Shown here piece by piece: positions 1-8,803 of a stretch of DNA of 40,438 nt. The DNA comes from a virus (lineage: Duplodnaviria; Caudoviricetes), in IMG/VR virus record IMGVR_UViG_3300022936_000006, positions 1 through 40,438 of that record. One strand, given 5' to 3'. Both the position numbers and the translations under genes were made by a program. Positions within the stretch are counted from its first letter, which is position 1. Each line of letters begins with the position of its first letter. The notes under the pieces were generated by a model, which saw only the letters and a program-made list of their open reading frames with translations, made no database searches and was not told the origin of the DNA.

Positions 1-127
1 TCTTTGCCGGATTGCATGTGCCCAGCATTTTCGGTATAAGATCAAATTCATTTAATTTATACCTTATCCTGGATTTAACAATTTGCCATGCCTTGTAAAC
101 TACCTGGTTGCATTCATCCACTACCGC
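1..127. repeat. Terminal direct repeat, identical to 40312-40438 (circular assembly overlap)
   Basis: tctttgccggattgc...ccactaccgc is identical at both ends. The 127-nt length is typical of an assembler k-mer, and the repeat lies inside terL. Confidence 0.95.
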
Positions 128-499
128 GCCCGTTATCTCCAACGAACCTAAAGCATCAAAATTAGGGTCTGATGGGTATAGGAATAAATCTTTAAGTAAA
201 ATATCACTTCCATTTTTCCAATGAATAACGTTCTCCTGTGCATTAAACTTGAATTGATCTGATATTTTCAGGATAGATGACAATTCAAAAAATGTGTTTA
301 AGGTTGTTTCCTTTAGTGTTTTAAGCTTTGACCTACCCATTAACCAGCGACTACCTTTGTATTTCTGGCATTGCTCAATTAGGTACAGGCAATCTAAAGC
401 AGACTTACCGCCTCCCGCGGCACCTCCATACAGCACTTCTTCTGTAACTTTATCCTTAAGGTAATAAACCGCGTGGCTTTGTTTAAGAAGTAGCTTCAT
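1..499 (-). CDS. terL: Terminase large subunit, N-terminal part (continues across the junction into 40311-39512; about 432 aa total)
   Basis: Manual translation from ATG 499 gives MKLLLKQSHAVYYLKD..VLYGGAAGGGKS (Walker A)..EITGAVVDE (Walker B), in frame with ORF 39512..40432. Confidence 0.93.
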   Translation of the reverse strand, partial: MKLLLKQSHAVYYLKDKVTEEVLYGGAAGGGKSALDCLYLIEQCQKYKGSRWLMGRSKLKTLKETTLNTFFELSSILKISDQFKFNAQENVIHWKNGSDILLKDLFLYPSDPNFDALGSLEITGAVVDECNQVVYKAWQIVKSRIRYKLNEFDLIPKMLGTCNPAK

Positions 500-1001
500 T
501 TGGATTTACTCCCTCGCCTAAATTTATTATGGTTGTTGATTGTGGTTTAGATTGCTCGTTATCTTTCTCAAATAGACCTAAATGTTTACCTAAAGCCTCT
601 AATGCACGCAATTTATCATACATTTTAATCTTACGATTTGTTCCAAGCTTTTCACCTTCCCTGGTAAATTCATCAAAAGATTCTATACCAGATATGGCCG
701 CAGCCGTATCATCATCAAGATCATCAATGCTTCTTAAACCACCATCAATAGTTAAAACGTTACGAACATCAGAGAATGCAATCTTACGATATTCGTCAAT
801 AACACGGTCTTTATTTACCCCGTGTTTTATACTGTATTCTTCCCTAAGTTTTTGTAAATATTCCTGTATTTCGTCTTCATCCAGTATTTGACTGGCCTGC
901 GACCTTGCAGATAACTCAGAATAACCTGCATATATAGCTGATTGATAGCCGTTTAATGTTTCAAAATACCTATCACAAAATCTCTTTCTCTGTTCGGTCA
1001 T
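483..1001 (-). CDS. terS: Terminase small subunit
   Basis: MTEQRKRFCDRYF..NGYQSAIYAGYS..A N-terminus and DKLRALEALGKHLGLF motif; immediately upstream of terL. Confidence 0.9.
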   Translation of the reverse strand: MTEQRKRFCDRYFETLNGYQSAIYAGYSELSARSQASQILDEDEIQEYLQKLREEYSIKHGVNKDRVIDEYRKIAFSDVRNVLTIDGGLRSIDDLDDDTAAAISGIESFDEFTREGEKLGTNRKIKMYDKLRALEALGKHLGLFEKDNEQSKPQSTTIINLGEGVNPNEATS

Positions 1002-1013
1002 GTTTAGTATTGT

Positions 1014-1250
1014 TTACCCACGTTTAAATATTTTATTTGTTTCAGCTTTGCAAAAATATGATATTTCATTTAGACATAAATAATCAAATAAAGTGTCAGT
1101 GTCAGGATAAAAACAATATTTACGCCACCTTCCGAAGAAACATATTTTTCCTAATTTAGTTTTATTTGAATATACATAAAATATTTCAGTTTTTCCACTT
1201 ACACTTTTACCTACTTTCCTGAATTCAAGCATATACCCAAAGCTAGTCAT
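1014..1250 (-). CDS. Hypothetical phage protein
   Basis: 78-aa ORF in the operon, LGKICFFGRWRKYCFYP motif. Confidence 0.65.
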   Translation of the reverse strand: MTSFGYMLEFRKVGKSVSGKTEIFYVYSNKTKLGKICFFGRWRKYCFYPDTDTLFDYLCLNEISYFCKAETNKIFKRG

Positions 1251-1587
1251 TTATCCCAAATATACAATTAATTATTTTAACAGTTTCCTCGAACGACCTG
1301 CAAACGTGTACAGGGACACCATTCGATTCCCATATCTCATGTATTTTAATCTGCTCCGGCCTTACCCTTCCTATATCGGTTTTAAGCTCTATGCCGTAAC
1401 ATCTGCCCTGACGCAATACTAACAGATCAGGAATGCCTGCGACTACACCAGAAGCCTTTAATTGCGTGGATTCTATTTTTGATCTCTTTCCTCCATTTGG
1501 CACGTGAAATATTAATCCCCTTGTTTCTGGATGGTTGTTATGGAAGTGCTGGAATATTTTAGCTTGTATTTGAATTTCTGACGTCAT
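1243..1587 (-). CDS. VRR-NUC domain nuclease
   Basis: SEIQIQ..FHVPNGG..GVVAGIPDL..IELK..Q PD-(D/E)xK pattern. Confidence 0.88.
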   Translation of the reverse strand: MTSEIQIQAKIFQHFHNNHPETRGLIFHVPNGGKRSKIESTQLKASGVVAGIPDLLVLRQGRCYGIELKTDIGRVRPEQIKIHEIWESNGVPVHVCRSFEETVKIINCIFGIND

Positions 1588-1604
1588 TTTAAATGGTTTT
1601 AAGT

Positions 1605-1912
1605 GTAAAAATTACAAAGTTGGGTATGAAAATTACAAAGTTTAGGGTAAAAATTACAAACATTTGCCAAAAAATTACAAAGTTGAAAATGCTAAGTTGT
1701 TGTTAATTAGTATAATTAGCTTAAAAATTACAAACATTACAAACATTTTATATATTTTACGTGTGTGATGTAAAATAGGTATATATATAAGGTTTAACTT
1801 TGTAATTTTTGTAATTTTAGACTTAACCGTTTGATAATGTGTTTTTTAACTTTTCAAACTTTGTAATTTATTTGTAATTACTTTGTAATTTCGGCATCAA
1901 TGTTTGTAATTT
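1605..1912. repeat. Iteron-like repeat array, probable replication origin
   Basis: ATTACAAA at 1611, 1632, 1653, 1674 (21-bp period), 1727 and 1736. Inverted TTTGTAAT at 1799, 1808, 1860, 1871, 1882 and 1903. AT-rich centre; directly downstream of the helicase genes. Confidence 0.8.
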
Positions 1913-3326
1913 TCTTAGTGAACTGGTAGTGGCGAATAGACTGGTAAACGTAATCTTTGCATTCGTAACCATTGTATTCAGAGAAAGCAATAACCCATTT
2001 ACTAAATAATTGCTTACTGAAATATTTTTGGGTAAGGTACTCATCAAACTGATTAACAAAATTATTATAAAGCGTAGCCCTGGGTATCGTAACGAATTCA
2101 AAATCCTTCATGAAATCTATGAAATCTATATTTGTTGCAGCTATTAATCGTTTTTCAGGCAAGTTTATAAGCTCTTGATGTACAAGTCCGTTCCTTAAAT
2201 AAAATTGGCAGCATTCAATTATAAACGCGTCAAACAAATAAAACTCATTAGCGTCCCAATCAGTGAACATCATCTTTTTAAATTCATCAAAAGGCGTTCT
2301 ACTACGGTTATAGTACTGGCTTATTTCTAATTCGTGTCTACGCCTAAAATGGCTATTACCTGCGCCCTTTATGGCGTAATTCGTAGTTATAACTACTTTT
2401 GGAGTATCATGAAAACTATAATGTATAGCCTGCATTCCTTTCTTTTCTACATTTATACCATCGGTAAGTACAGAAAATAGCCGCTCGAAATCAAAAGACT
2501 TATTAACATCCTGAAATGACAACAACTTAGTGTCAGGATTTACAGATTGGTACACAAAATTCTTATCAAAATTGAATGTCTTGCCCTCTATTGTAACAGT
2601 TGTTATAAATTGCTCTATTGCCTTTATCAATATGCCTTTCCCTGTTCCGCCCTCCGGGTTGTTAGATATAACCTCATCATTCAGAATAATCGCCGGGCAA
2701 TATGCCGGGTTTTTGTAATTATGCACCAAAAACCCTAATACACTGCAAATTGATTTATATCTTTCAGGGTCTTGATTACTGATATTATACACGAACTTTT
2801 TAAAATCACTATCAGTTAAATCTTCAGGTTCATTGTAATTTCGGCTAAGTATTTGACTTTCCCAAATATAACCATCCAAATCAGAGTATTTATGAGTAGT
2901 TATTTTTCCTTCTGTAACTTTAACTATGCAGTTCTGGTAATACAATTGCATAGCGTTTTTACGGTCTTTACGGAACTCAATTTTCTTTTCCGGTAAAGTC
3001 TCTATAAACTCGTATGATGTTGCTTTAGCGATATTCTTTAGAAAGAATTGATGCATGTGCCTGGATTCTTTAGAATCTACTATAAAGTTTATAATTTCAT
3101 CTTTTAACTCTTTAGTATCTACTACGCGTACAATGTTGTCTATTATTCTGATAGGAGAATATTTACCATCCCCATCACTATAGACAAAATAACCGCGTTC
3201 AACAAAAAATGCTGTTAAGTTAACGAAATCTATTTCCCATTTACCCTGCCCGTTTGTTGAATATAAATCAAAGTGATTGTATTTTTTTTCTGCTGCTATG
3301 TGAGCAATTGACATTTTTGCGCTCAT
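1878..3326 (-). CDS. P-loop NTPase, primase-associated (SF3/D5-like) helicase
   Basis: Walker A PEGGTGKG, Walker B-like LLSFQD, VVITTNY sensor-like motif and RRRHELE; adjacent to the origin. Confidence 0.75.
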   Translation of the reverse strand: MSAKMSIAHIAAEKKYNHFDLYSTNGQGKWEIDFVNLTAFFVERGYFVYSDGDGKYSPIRIIDNIVRVVDTKELKDEIINFIVDSKESRHMHQFFLKNIAKATSYEFIETLPEKKIEFRKDRKNAMQLYYQNCIVKVTEGKITTHKYSDLDGYIWESQILSRNYNEPEDLTDSDFKKFVYNISNQDPERYKSICSVLGFLVHNYKNPAYCPAIILNDEVISNNPEGGTGKGILIKAIEQFITTVTIEGKTFNFDKNFVYQSVNPDTKLLSFQDVNKSFDFERLFSVLTDGINVEKKGMQAIHYSFHDTPKVVITTNYAIKGAGNSHFRRRHELEISQYYNRSRTPFDEFKKMMFTDWDANEFYLFDAFIIECCQFYLRNGLVHQELINLPEKRLIAATNIDFIDFMKDFEFVTIPRATLYNNFVNQFDEYLTQKYFSKQLFSKWVIAFSEYNGYECKDYVYQSIRHYQFTKKITNIDAEITK

Positions 3327-4732
3327 ATGAATTTAGCTGATAAGTGAACTGCCATATTTGGTGATATTGTTTGACTTGATTGTGTGTGTAATTTCTTTAT
3401 TGCCGACTCCATGACTTTACGCTGTTCGTATAAATCTAATGGCTTCGTCTTGACTTTTTCGGCTATTGATATTATAGTTTTTTCCATCGTTATCGGGCTA
3501 TTTTTTGGTACAATTAAAGTGTCTGGTACAAGTTGTAAAGCTATAACCATATCCGAATAAACTACCTCACGCGGAAATAAATGGCCGCAAAATTCACAAA
3601 TCGTACAAGACATATAAATCATACAGCCACATTTAGGATTTGGACATTCTTTCATTGGAGCTACCCCGGCACCAGGCTTATCTGGAAAATGAAATATACT
3701 ATGCCAGTCATGCCTATGCTGAAAATAACCATGCTGCGCAACATTACCAACCTGATCAATAATATTAAAATACTCTTTTCCGGGATAAGGACGTGAACCC
3801 CTGCCAATCATCTGAAGCCATAGGGCTAATGAAGTAGTAAGGCGATTTGGTATTACGTTTATAATACTTGGCTCATCAAACCCGGTTGTAGTCATGTCTA
3901 CAGATTGCAATATAGCATTAGGGGTTTCTTTAAACCACTCGTAAATTTCATCTATTTGGCCCTGTTTCATAGATCCGTCTAGGTGTCTGGATTCGTAGCC
4001 ATGAGATACAAAGCATTCGTTAACCTTTAGGCTATGTTCGATTAATGTATTGAACACAACCGTTTTAAGGTTCTCACCTATCCTTACGTAATTAGCCAAA
4101 ACCCCATCAACTAATTTGGTTTTACTTAATTGGTCGGACATTGATTTTAAATTGTAATCCCCCGCTGTTTTCTTAAGCGCCTTTTTATCGAGCAGATTTT
4201 CAGGACAATGGTGATGAGCTTTTACAAGTCCCTGTGTTGGATCTCTTTGATGTATTTCAATTAATTCACGAGTAGAAATTCCAACAACTATTTGCTCATA
4301 ATCAGCTTTCATAGGATGTTTTTTACTTGCCCCGATAGGTGTAGCCGTAAATCCCAAAATAACCGAGTCACGGAAATGTTCAAATACTTTTTTCATTTCA
4401 CCACGATGCGCTTCATCGATAATAATCAAATTTGTATTTAAATAATTACCTTTTTTTAGCTGATTAACAAACCCTAAAACCATATGCACAGGCACGTGAC
4501 CAGCTCCGAATTTTTCCAGCTTGGCTGCTGCTTGATTAAGTAAATTTTCCCTGTGTACTAAAATACGGCAGACATGATCTGGATTTGCCTTTAAGTACCT
4601 CGATAATAGATAAGCGAACTCAACGGTTTTACCACCTCCTGTTCCTAGTTGAACGCAAATACGTTTATGCCCTTTTGATATAAGCCGTACAATTGCATTT
4701 ACCTGATCTTTTTGGTAATCTCTTGGTGTCAT
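3323..4732 (-). CDS. Superfamily 2 (DEAH) helicase with C-terminal Zn finger
   Basis: PRDYQ, GTGGGKT, DEAH, TATP, TTGFDEP, QMIGRGSR; CPNPKC..CEFC. Confidence 0.92.
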   Translation of the reverse strand: MTPRDYQKDQVNAIVRLISKGHKRICVQLGTGGGKTVEFAYLLSRYLKANPDHVCRILVHRENLLNQAAAKLEKFGAGHVPVHMVLGFVNQLKKGNYLNTNLIIIDEAHRGEMKKVFEHFRDSVILGFTATPIGASKKHPMKADYEQIVVGISTRELIEIHQRDPTQGLVKAHHHCPENLLDKKALKKTAGDYNLKSMSDQLSKTKLVDGVLANYVRIGENLKTVVFNTLIEHSLKVNECFVSHGYESRHLDGSMKQGQIDEIYEWFKETPNAILQSVDMTTTGFDEPSIINVIPNRLTTSLALWLQMIGRGSRPYPGKEYFNIIDQVGNVAQHGYFQHRHDWHSIFHFPDKPGAGVAPMKECPNPKCGCMIYMSCTICEFCGHLFPREVVYSDMVIALQLVPDTLIVPKNSPITMEKTIISIAEKVKTKPLDLYEQRKVMESAIKKLHTQSSQTISPNMAVHLSAKFI

Positions 4733-4843
4733 AAAATAAAAAAAGCCGTGACTGTGAGAAGTTTAGCCACGGCAATTTGAAATTAGTGTTTAACACGCAT
4801 CCTGCTTCTCACTTCAAAATGCATGCCCTCGAATAATAAGAAA
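4733..4843 (-). ncRNA. Structured 5' leader: two hairpins with complementary loops plus a U-tract (element A)
   Basis: 11-bp stem with loop AAGUGAGAAG; 9-bp stem with loop AAACUUCUCAC followed by U7; lies between promoter 4844-4851 and ATG 4732. Confidence 0.65.
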
Positions 4844-4851
4844 CAAATATA
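4844..4851 (-). promoter_or_regulatory. Bacteroidota -7 promoter element TATATTTG
   Basis: Matches TAnnTTTG; intergenic. Confidence 0.7.
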
Positions 4852-5793
4852 CTACAAATTATCTAAAATGTAATCACACAAATCGTATCCTTTTGGTTTT
4901 GATTGTATCATTTTCATAGACCATTGACCTGGTATTAGTTCCTGTAATTGGTTCATTTTTTCAAGCCAACGTTCTTCCGCGCCAACATCAGGATATAATA
5001 CAATTTTACGACCTTTTAGTACATGGCACCTTTTGTAGGTTAGGTTTGTCAGGCTTCCTGATGCAAGCCATATAAAGCCAGGGTATTTTATGGATGCCAC
5101 AATTGCGGTCTTTTCTGATTCAACTATGCAGACTGTTTTATCCAGGAAACGGTTTAATAAATGCTCTCCGTATAAGCACGTATCAAAATTAAAATTAGGT
5201 AAACGCAAAACTTTATGCACCCATGTTATTAAAGGCTTAGGCTCCTTTACCCGCTTACCTGTTTCCGGGTTATATTGCATGATCTTACCGGACCTAACAT
5301 TCCAGTTTATATCAATATACCAAAATATAACTGCTCCCGGCCAATGTTTTGATGTACTTATATGGTGCTGTAAATCATGTAAAGGATAAATTGAATAAAG
5401 CCATTGACGGAAATTATTTGATCTACTCCCTTTAAGTAAAGCACCTCTAAATATATCTTCTGGCAAATAGTCTGTTGGCGGTTCAATATATTCTTTGGTT
5501 ACAAATCCAGGGTCTAAGGTTATATTTTGCGTGTCAGCTATCCATTTAATTGCCTCGTTCTTGGATTTACCAGTATGGCTAATAACAAAATCAATAACAT
5601 CCCCACTTTTACCGCACCCAAAGCACTTAAATATATTTTTGGATGCGGATACCGTAAATGATTTTGAACGCTCGTTATGGAACGGGCACGATGCAGTATA
5701 ATTTGCACCATCACGTTTTAATTCTACAAAATGCCCAATCACTTTAACGATGTCAGAATTTTGCTTTATGGATTTAATTTCTGCGATTGTCAT
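4852..5793 (-). CDS. DNA primase-like protein (CHC2 Zn finger plus TOPRIM-like domain)
   Basis: CPFHNERSKSF..FKCFGCGKSGDVI; IVESEKTA and VLYPD TOPRIM motifs. Confidence 0.88.
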   Translation of the reverse strand: MTIAEIKSIKQNSDIVKVIGHFVELKRDGANYTASCPFHNERSKSFTVSASKNIFKCFGCGKSGDVIDFVISHTGKSKNEAIKWIADTQNITLDPGFVTKEYIEPPTDYLPEDIFRGALLKGSRSNNFRQWLYSIYPLHDLQHHISTSKHWPGAVIFWYIDINWNVRSGKIMQYNPETGKRVKEPKPLITWVHKVLRLPNFNFDTCLYGEHLLNRFLDKTVCIVESEKTAIVASIKYPGFIWLASGSLTNLTYKRCHVLKGRKIVLYPDVGAEERWLEKMNQLQELIPGQWSMKMIQSKPKGYDLCDYILDNL

Positions 5794-6002
5794 AATTTAC
5801 CTGTTTTAAGTGCGTAAGCCAAATCAATATAATATTGTGGCGGACAAAATCCGTTATTAGTGTCAATTAAACAAACCGCATGATGCGCATCATAGGCGTA
5901 AGAATGTCCTAAATGATGCACTGGCATTGAGTTTAAGCAATTCGTTCTATGCGGCTCCGGTAATTTTTGGAAGTGTTGGCGTATGGTTAGGGTGTATTTC
6001 AT
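5790..6002 (-). CDS. Hypothetical protein
   Basis: 70-aa ORF with ATGA-type overlaps to its neighbours. Confidence 0.6.
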   Translation of the reverse strand: MKYTLTIRQHFQKLPEPHRTNCLNSMPVHHLGHSYAYDAHHAVCLIDTNNGFCPPQYYIDLAYALKTGKL

Positions 6003-6154
6003 GACTTACGTTCCATGTATTGGCGGTATTCGTGTAGCAATTCATGAACGTCTATACATTCATCCTGATTCTCTTTGTCATAGTAGAATTGCTTAAGGTT
6101 GTTCTGCTCGCAAAACTCCTTCTCGTGTTTTAATTCGTATTTTTGTTCTGGCAT
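5999..6154 (-). CDS. Small hypothetical protein (51 aa, MPEQKYELKHEKEF...)
   Basis: Manual translation; fills the gap exactly with coupled start and stop. Confidence 0.6.
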   Translation of the reverse strand: MPEQKYELKHEKEFCEQNNLKQFYYDKENQDECIDVHELLHEYRQYMERKS

Positions 6155-6155
6155 T

Positions 6156-6830
6156 TTAAAATAGTTTAGTTTGTGATAAAATCATTTGAACCCTTTTATT
6201 TGCATCATTAAATCTTTCTTCATCAATTTCATGCCCTATAAATCTTCTGTTTAAATTACTACAGGCTATTGCGCATGATCCAGAACCAAAGAAATTATCT
6301 AAAACTAAGTCTCCCTGCAATGAAGACTTTTCTATGAGTAGCTGTATTAACGGAACTGGTTTCTCTGTCGGATGGTTTTCGTTTCCAGTTTTAGGGCATC
6401 GGATAACATTTGATAGGCGTTTACCATTAAGCAATTTTCTTCCCTTTGTTAAAAATAATATCAATTCGTATTGGGGAGCGTAGTCGCCAAATAGGTCTCC
6501 CTGTCCGGCATTATTTTTAAACCAAATTAAAATGTTTTTAAGCTGAAAACCTGCATTAGATGCCTGAATTTTAAATACATCAATATTATGCCAGCTGCAG
6601 AAAACATACGCGTGAGAGTTATCCTTTAGTAACCTAAATTGATCTTTAAACCATTCAGGAAGCCATAGTAAATTATCATCATTTGCAATTGGCCTATGTT
6701 TTATCTTTCTTATGTTTGAAACAAAACTCATTCCATAAGGAGGGTCTGTAACAATAAGGTCTATTGATTCGTCGGCTATTTCTTTGTTTAGTTCAAAGCA
6801 GCTCCCTTTTATTAATTGTATATTGTCCAT
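6156..6830 (-). CDS. DNA N4-cytosine/N6-adenine methyltransferase (beta class, orphan)
   Basis: Motif IV DPPY near the N-terminus, HPTEKP, motif I LDNFFGSGS. Confidence 0.92.
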   Translation of the reverse strand: MDNIQLIKGSCFELNKEIADESIDLIVTDPPYGMSFVSNIRKIKHRPIANDDNLLWLPEWFKDQFRLLKDNSHAYVFCSWHNIDVFKIQASNAGFQLKNILIWFKNNAGQGDLFGDYAPQYELILFLTKGRKLLNGKRLSNVIRCPKTGNENHPTEKPVPLIQLLIEKSSLQGDLVLDNFFGSGSCAIACSNLNRRFIGHEIDEERFNDANKRVQMILSQTKLF

Positions 6831-7027
6831 TATGATGCTAAATAAACTACTATTTCTAAATTATTATTCCTGTTAAATATCCAGCCATCATCACGTTTAA
6901 CCCGCAGTGGATTGGTGAATATGACCGTGTAAATGGTGTCGTAACATTTATGCCTGAACTGTTGGCCGTAATTAAGCCTACCCATTTTTGTTGGCGTTCC
7001 GGTGTCGATTCGGATAGGTAGAGCCAT
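6830..7027 (-). CDS. Hypothetical protein
   Basis: 65-aa ORF, translationally coupled. Confidence 0.6.
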   Translation of the reverse strand: MALPIRIDTGTPTKMGRLNYGQQFRHKCYDTIYTVIFTNPLRVKRDDGWIFNRNNNLEIVVYLAS

Positions 7028-7350
7028 TACACTCTCGATTTTAAAGTTAAATTTTCTGTTGGTTTCTTGAAGTAACGACTAATTACCGCCGCTGCTTTTG
7101 GATAACTTAAACCACTGGCCTCTGCTGCTTCCCGTACGGACATTTTAAGGCCAACGTAGCACTCTATAGCCTTAACTGATATTAACAGCATGCTCTTATC
7201 TTTCTCTCGCTGTATGCCATTAATACGGGCTATTCTGTGTATAGTACTAACCGCAAAGCCTAGCATTGTAGCTATTTCCTGAATTGTTAGCGTGTTGTAA
7301 TTAGCCCGGATAGTTTCTATGTCGGATTTTGATACTCTAGGTGGGTTCAT
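7027..7350 (-). CDS. Tandem HTH DNA-binding protein
   Basis: LTIQEIATMLGFAVSTIHRIA and MSVREAAEASGLSYPKAAAVI helix-turn-helix patterns. Confidence 0.7.
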   Translation of the reverse strand: MNPPRVSKSDIETIRANYNTLTIQEIATMLGFAVSTIHRIARINGIQREKDKSMLLISVKAIECYVGLKMSVREAAEASGLSYPKAAAVISRYFKKPTENLTLKSRV

Positions 7351-7514
7351 TACTTCGTCCTTTTAATTGTTAATACCATACCGCCTAAGCAGCTTTGCCA
7401 TTCTCCCTTACCAAGCCTTTTAAGCCTGGATTTAATGTTTTGTACGGTGTCGTACTTGTCGTATGGAAACGGACGCTTTTCGCCTACCTCCATTGCTAAT
7501 AGTTCTTTTGTCAT
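7350..7514 (-). CDS. Small basic putative DNA-binding protein (start revised to ATG 7514)
   Basis: MTKELLAMEVGEKRPFP...; promoter-like TATCATTG (7525-7518) sits 3 nt before this ATG. Confidence 0.6.
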   Translation of the reverse strand: MTKELLAMEVGEKRPFPYDKYDTVQNIKSRLKRLGKGEWQSCLGGMVLTIKRTK

Positions 7515-7577
7515 GCACAATGATACGGAAAATTGACTAACCAACCAAATTATTTAATGTAACATTTCTGTAACAAT

Positions 7578-7602
7578 AAAAAGCCGGGACATAACCCCGG
7601 CC
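7578..7602 (-). terminator. Intrinsic terminator after the exonuclease gene
   Basis: Minus strand GCCGGG-gttatgt-CCCGGC followed by a T-tract. Confidence 0.7.
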
Positions 7603-7671
7603 AGTTTGATACAATAAGATTTAAATTAAATTTTTACACTTCCCTATTCTGAACCCGGAAAGTTTGGGGTT

Positions 7672-8295
7672 TTACCATTGGCGATTAGCCATTAATTTTT
7701 CTACAAACGCGTCCCTAATAATTACGGCTTCATCAATCCTAATTTTCATTAAATCAATCCTTTCCTGATCTCTGGGGACTATAATTTCATGTGAAGCTAT
7801 ATCACCGTTAAAAATAGCATAGTTTAAGAAGTACGCCTGTTTAGTTCCTGTTACCCACATTTGATGTTGCATTTGATCAATGTAACATTGATCAATTATT
7901 CCATCTGCTATAAGACGGAATAGTTTACCGGGCTTGGGGCATTTGATTTCAAGAACTGAATTATCAGAAACTAATCCATCGGGACTACCGCCTGTATTCT
8001 GATTTAACGCAAAGAAACCACATTCAGTAACTTCTAAGAATTGTAATGATTTTTGCCATTTAAAAAACTCAAATGCTAAAGGCTCCGTTTCAATACCATG
8101 CTGCATATCAAATGAGGTAAAACCTTCATCTTCATTTTGGCCAAAAACAATGTCACAAGCCATATCGAATGCGTATGTTTCGCCCGTTTTACCAAGTCCT
8201 TTTATACCCATTAAATCGTTTATACGGGAGCTTGTGAACTTGCCGTATCTTTGTTGTCTCCACTCCGGACTACGCTGTTGTATTATCTGTGACAT
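7672..8295 (-). CDS. YqaJ/lambda-exonuclease family recombination nuclease
   Basis: QRSPEWRQQRYGKFTSS, MQHGIETEPLA, GGSPDGLV, LEIKCP, QMQHQMWVTG. Confidence 0.92.
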   Translation of the reverse strand: MSQIIQQRSPEWRQQRYGKFTSSRINDLMGIKGLGKTGETYAFDMACDIVFGQNEDEGFTSFDMQHGIETEPLAFEFFKWQKSLQFLEVTECGFFALNQNTGGSPDGLVSDNSVLEIKCPKPGKLFRLIADGIIDQCYIDQMQHQMWVTGTKQAYFLNYAIFNGDIASHEIIVPRDQERIDLMKIRIDEAVIIRDAFVEKLMANRQW

Positions 8296-8803
8296 ATTTT
8301 AAATAAGCTTGTTTTACTTCTTCTGTTAACTGGTATGCTTTTTCAATGGCTTCAACGGTTGCTTTTGCTGCATGCGCTTTTTCAAAATTAGCTTCTGAAA
8401 ATACCGGCTTTACTTTTTCTGCTGGGGGTACTGGATTTATCCTAATGCCGTCCTGAATTTTACCGAAAGCTTTAATATCTCTCAATACGTAGAACTCAAT
8501 TCTTATGCCGCCCCAATTTCCAATGTTCCAGCAATCTATTTCGTTAAAACCTCTTTTACGGGCAAATGAAGATATAATTTTACGGTTAGTTGAATTGAGA
8601 ACCATATCTTTTATGTCCTCTACAAATGAGCAAAAATAACCGTCTGTCTTTTCCCCCGATACATCAACCTTAGTATCATACCAAGCTTCTTTTATGGTAA
8701 AAATTAAAGGACGACCCTCTATTGACATTGCATCTAAATCCGCAGCAGCTAAGTGCGTTGATTTCCTGTATTTCCTACAGTCTATATTTGTTTCTTTTGG
8801 CAT
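8270..8803 (-). CDS. Hypothetical protein, candidate ssDNA-binding/annealing partner of the exonuclease
   Basis: HLAAADL..VLNSTN..WGG..GIRI pattern of a phage family often found beside exonucleases; function inferred from position. Confidence 0.5.
   Translation of the reverse strand: MPKETNIDCRKYRKSTHLAAADLDAMSIEGRPLIFTIKEAWYDTKVDVSGEKTDGYFCSFVEDIKDMVLNSTNRKIISSFARKRGFNEIDCWNIGNWGGIRIEFYVLRDIKAFGKIQDGIRINPVPPAEKVKPVFSEANFEKAHAAKATVEAIEKAYQLTEEVKQAYLKYVTDNTTA

Noticed and set aside
1-127. 127-bp terminal repeat as a biological DTR
   Set aside because: It lies inside terL and its length matches a common assembler k-mer, so it is best explained as a circular-contig overlap.
1605-1912. Periodic repeats as a CRISPR mini-array
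   Set aside because: The repeat core is only about 8-13 nt with gaps of 13 nt or less between periodic copies, both orientations occur, and there are no cas genes; iterons fit better.
6156-6830. Methyltransferase as part of a restriction-modification system
   Set aside because: There is no adjacent endonuclease; orphan methyltransferases are common in phages.
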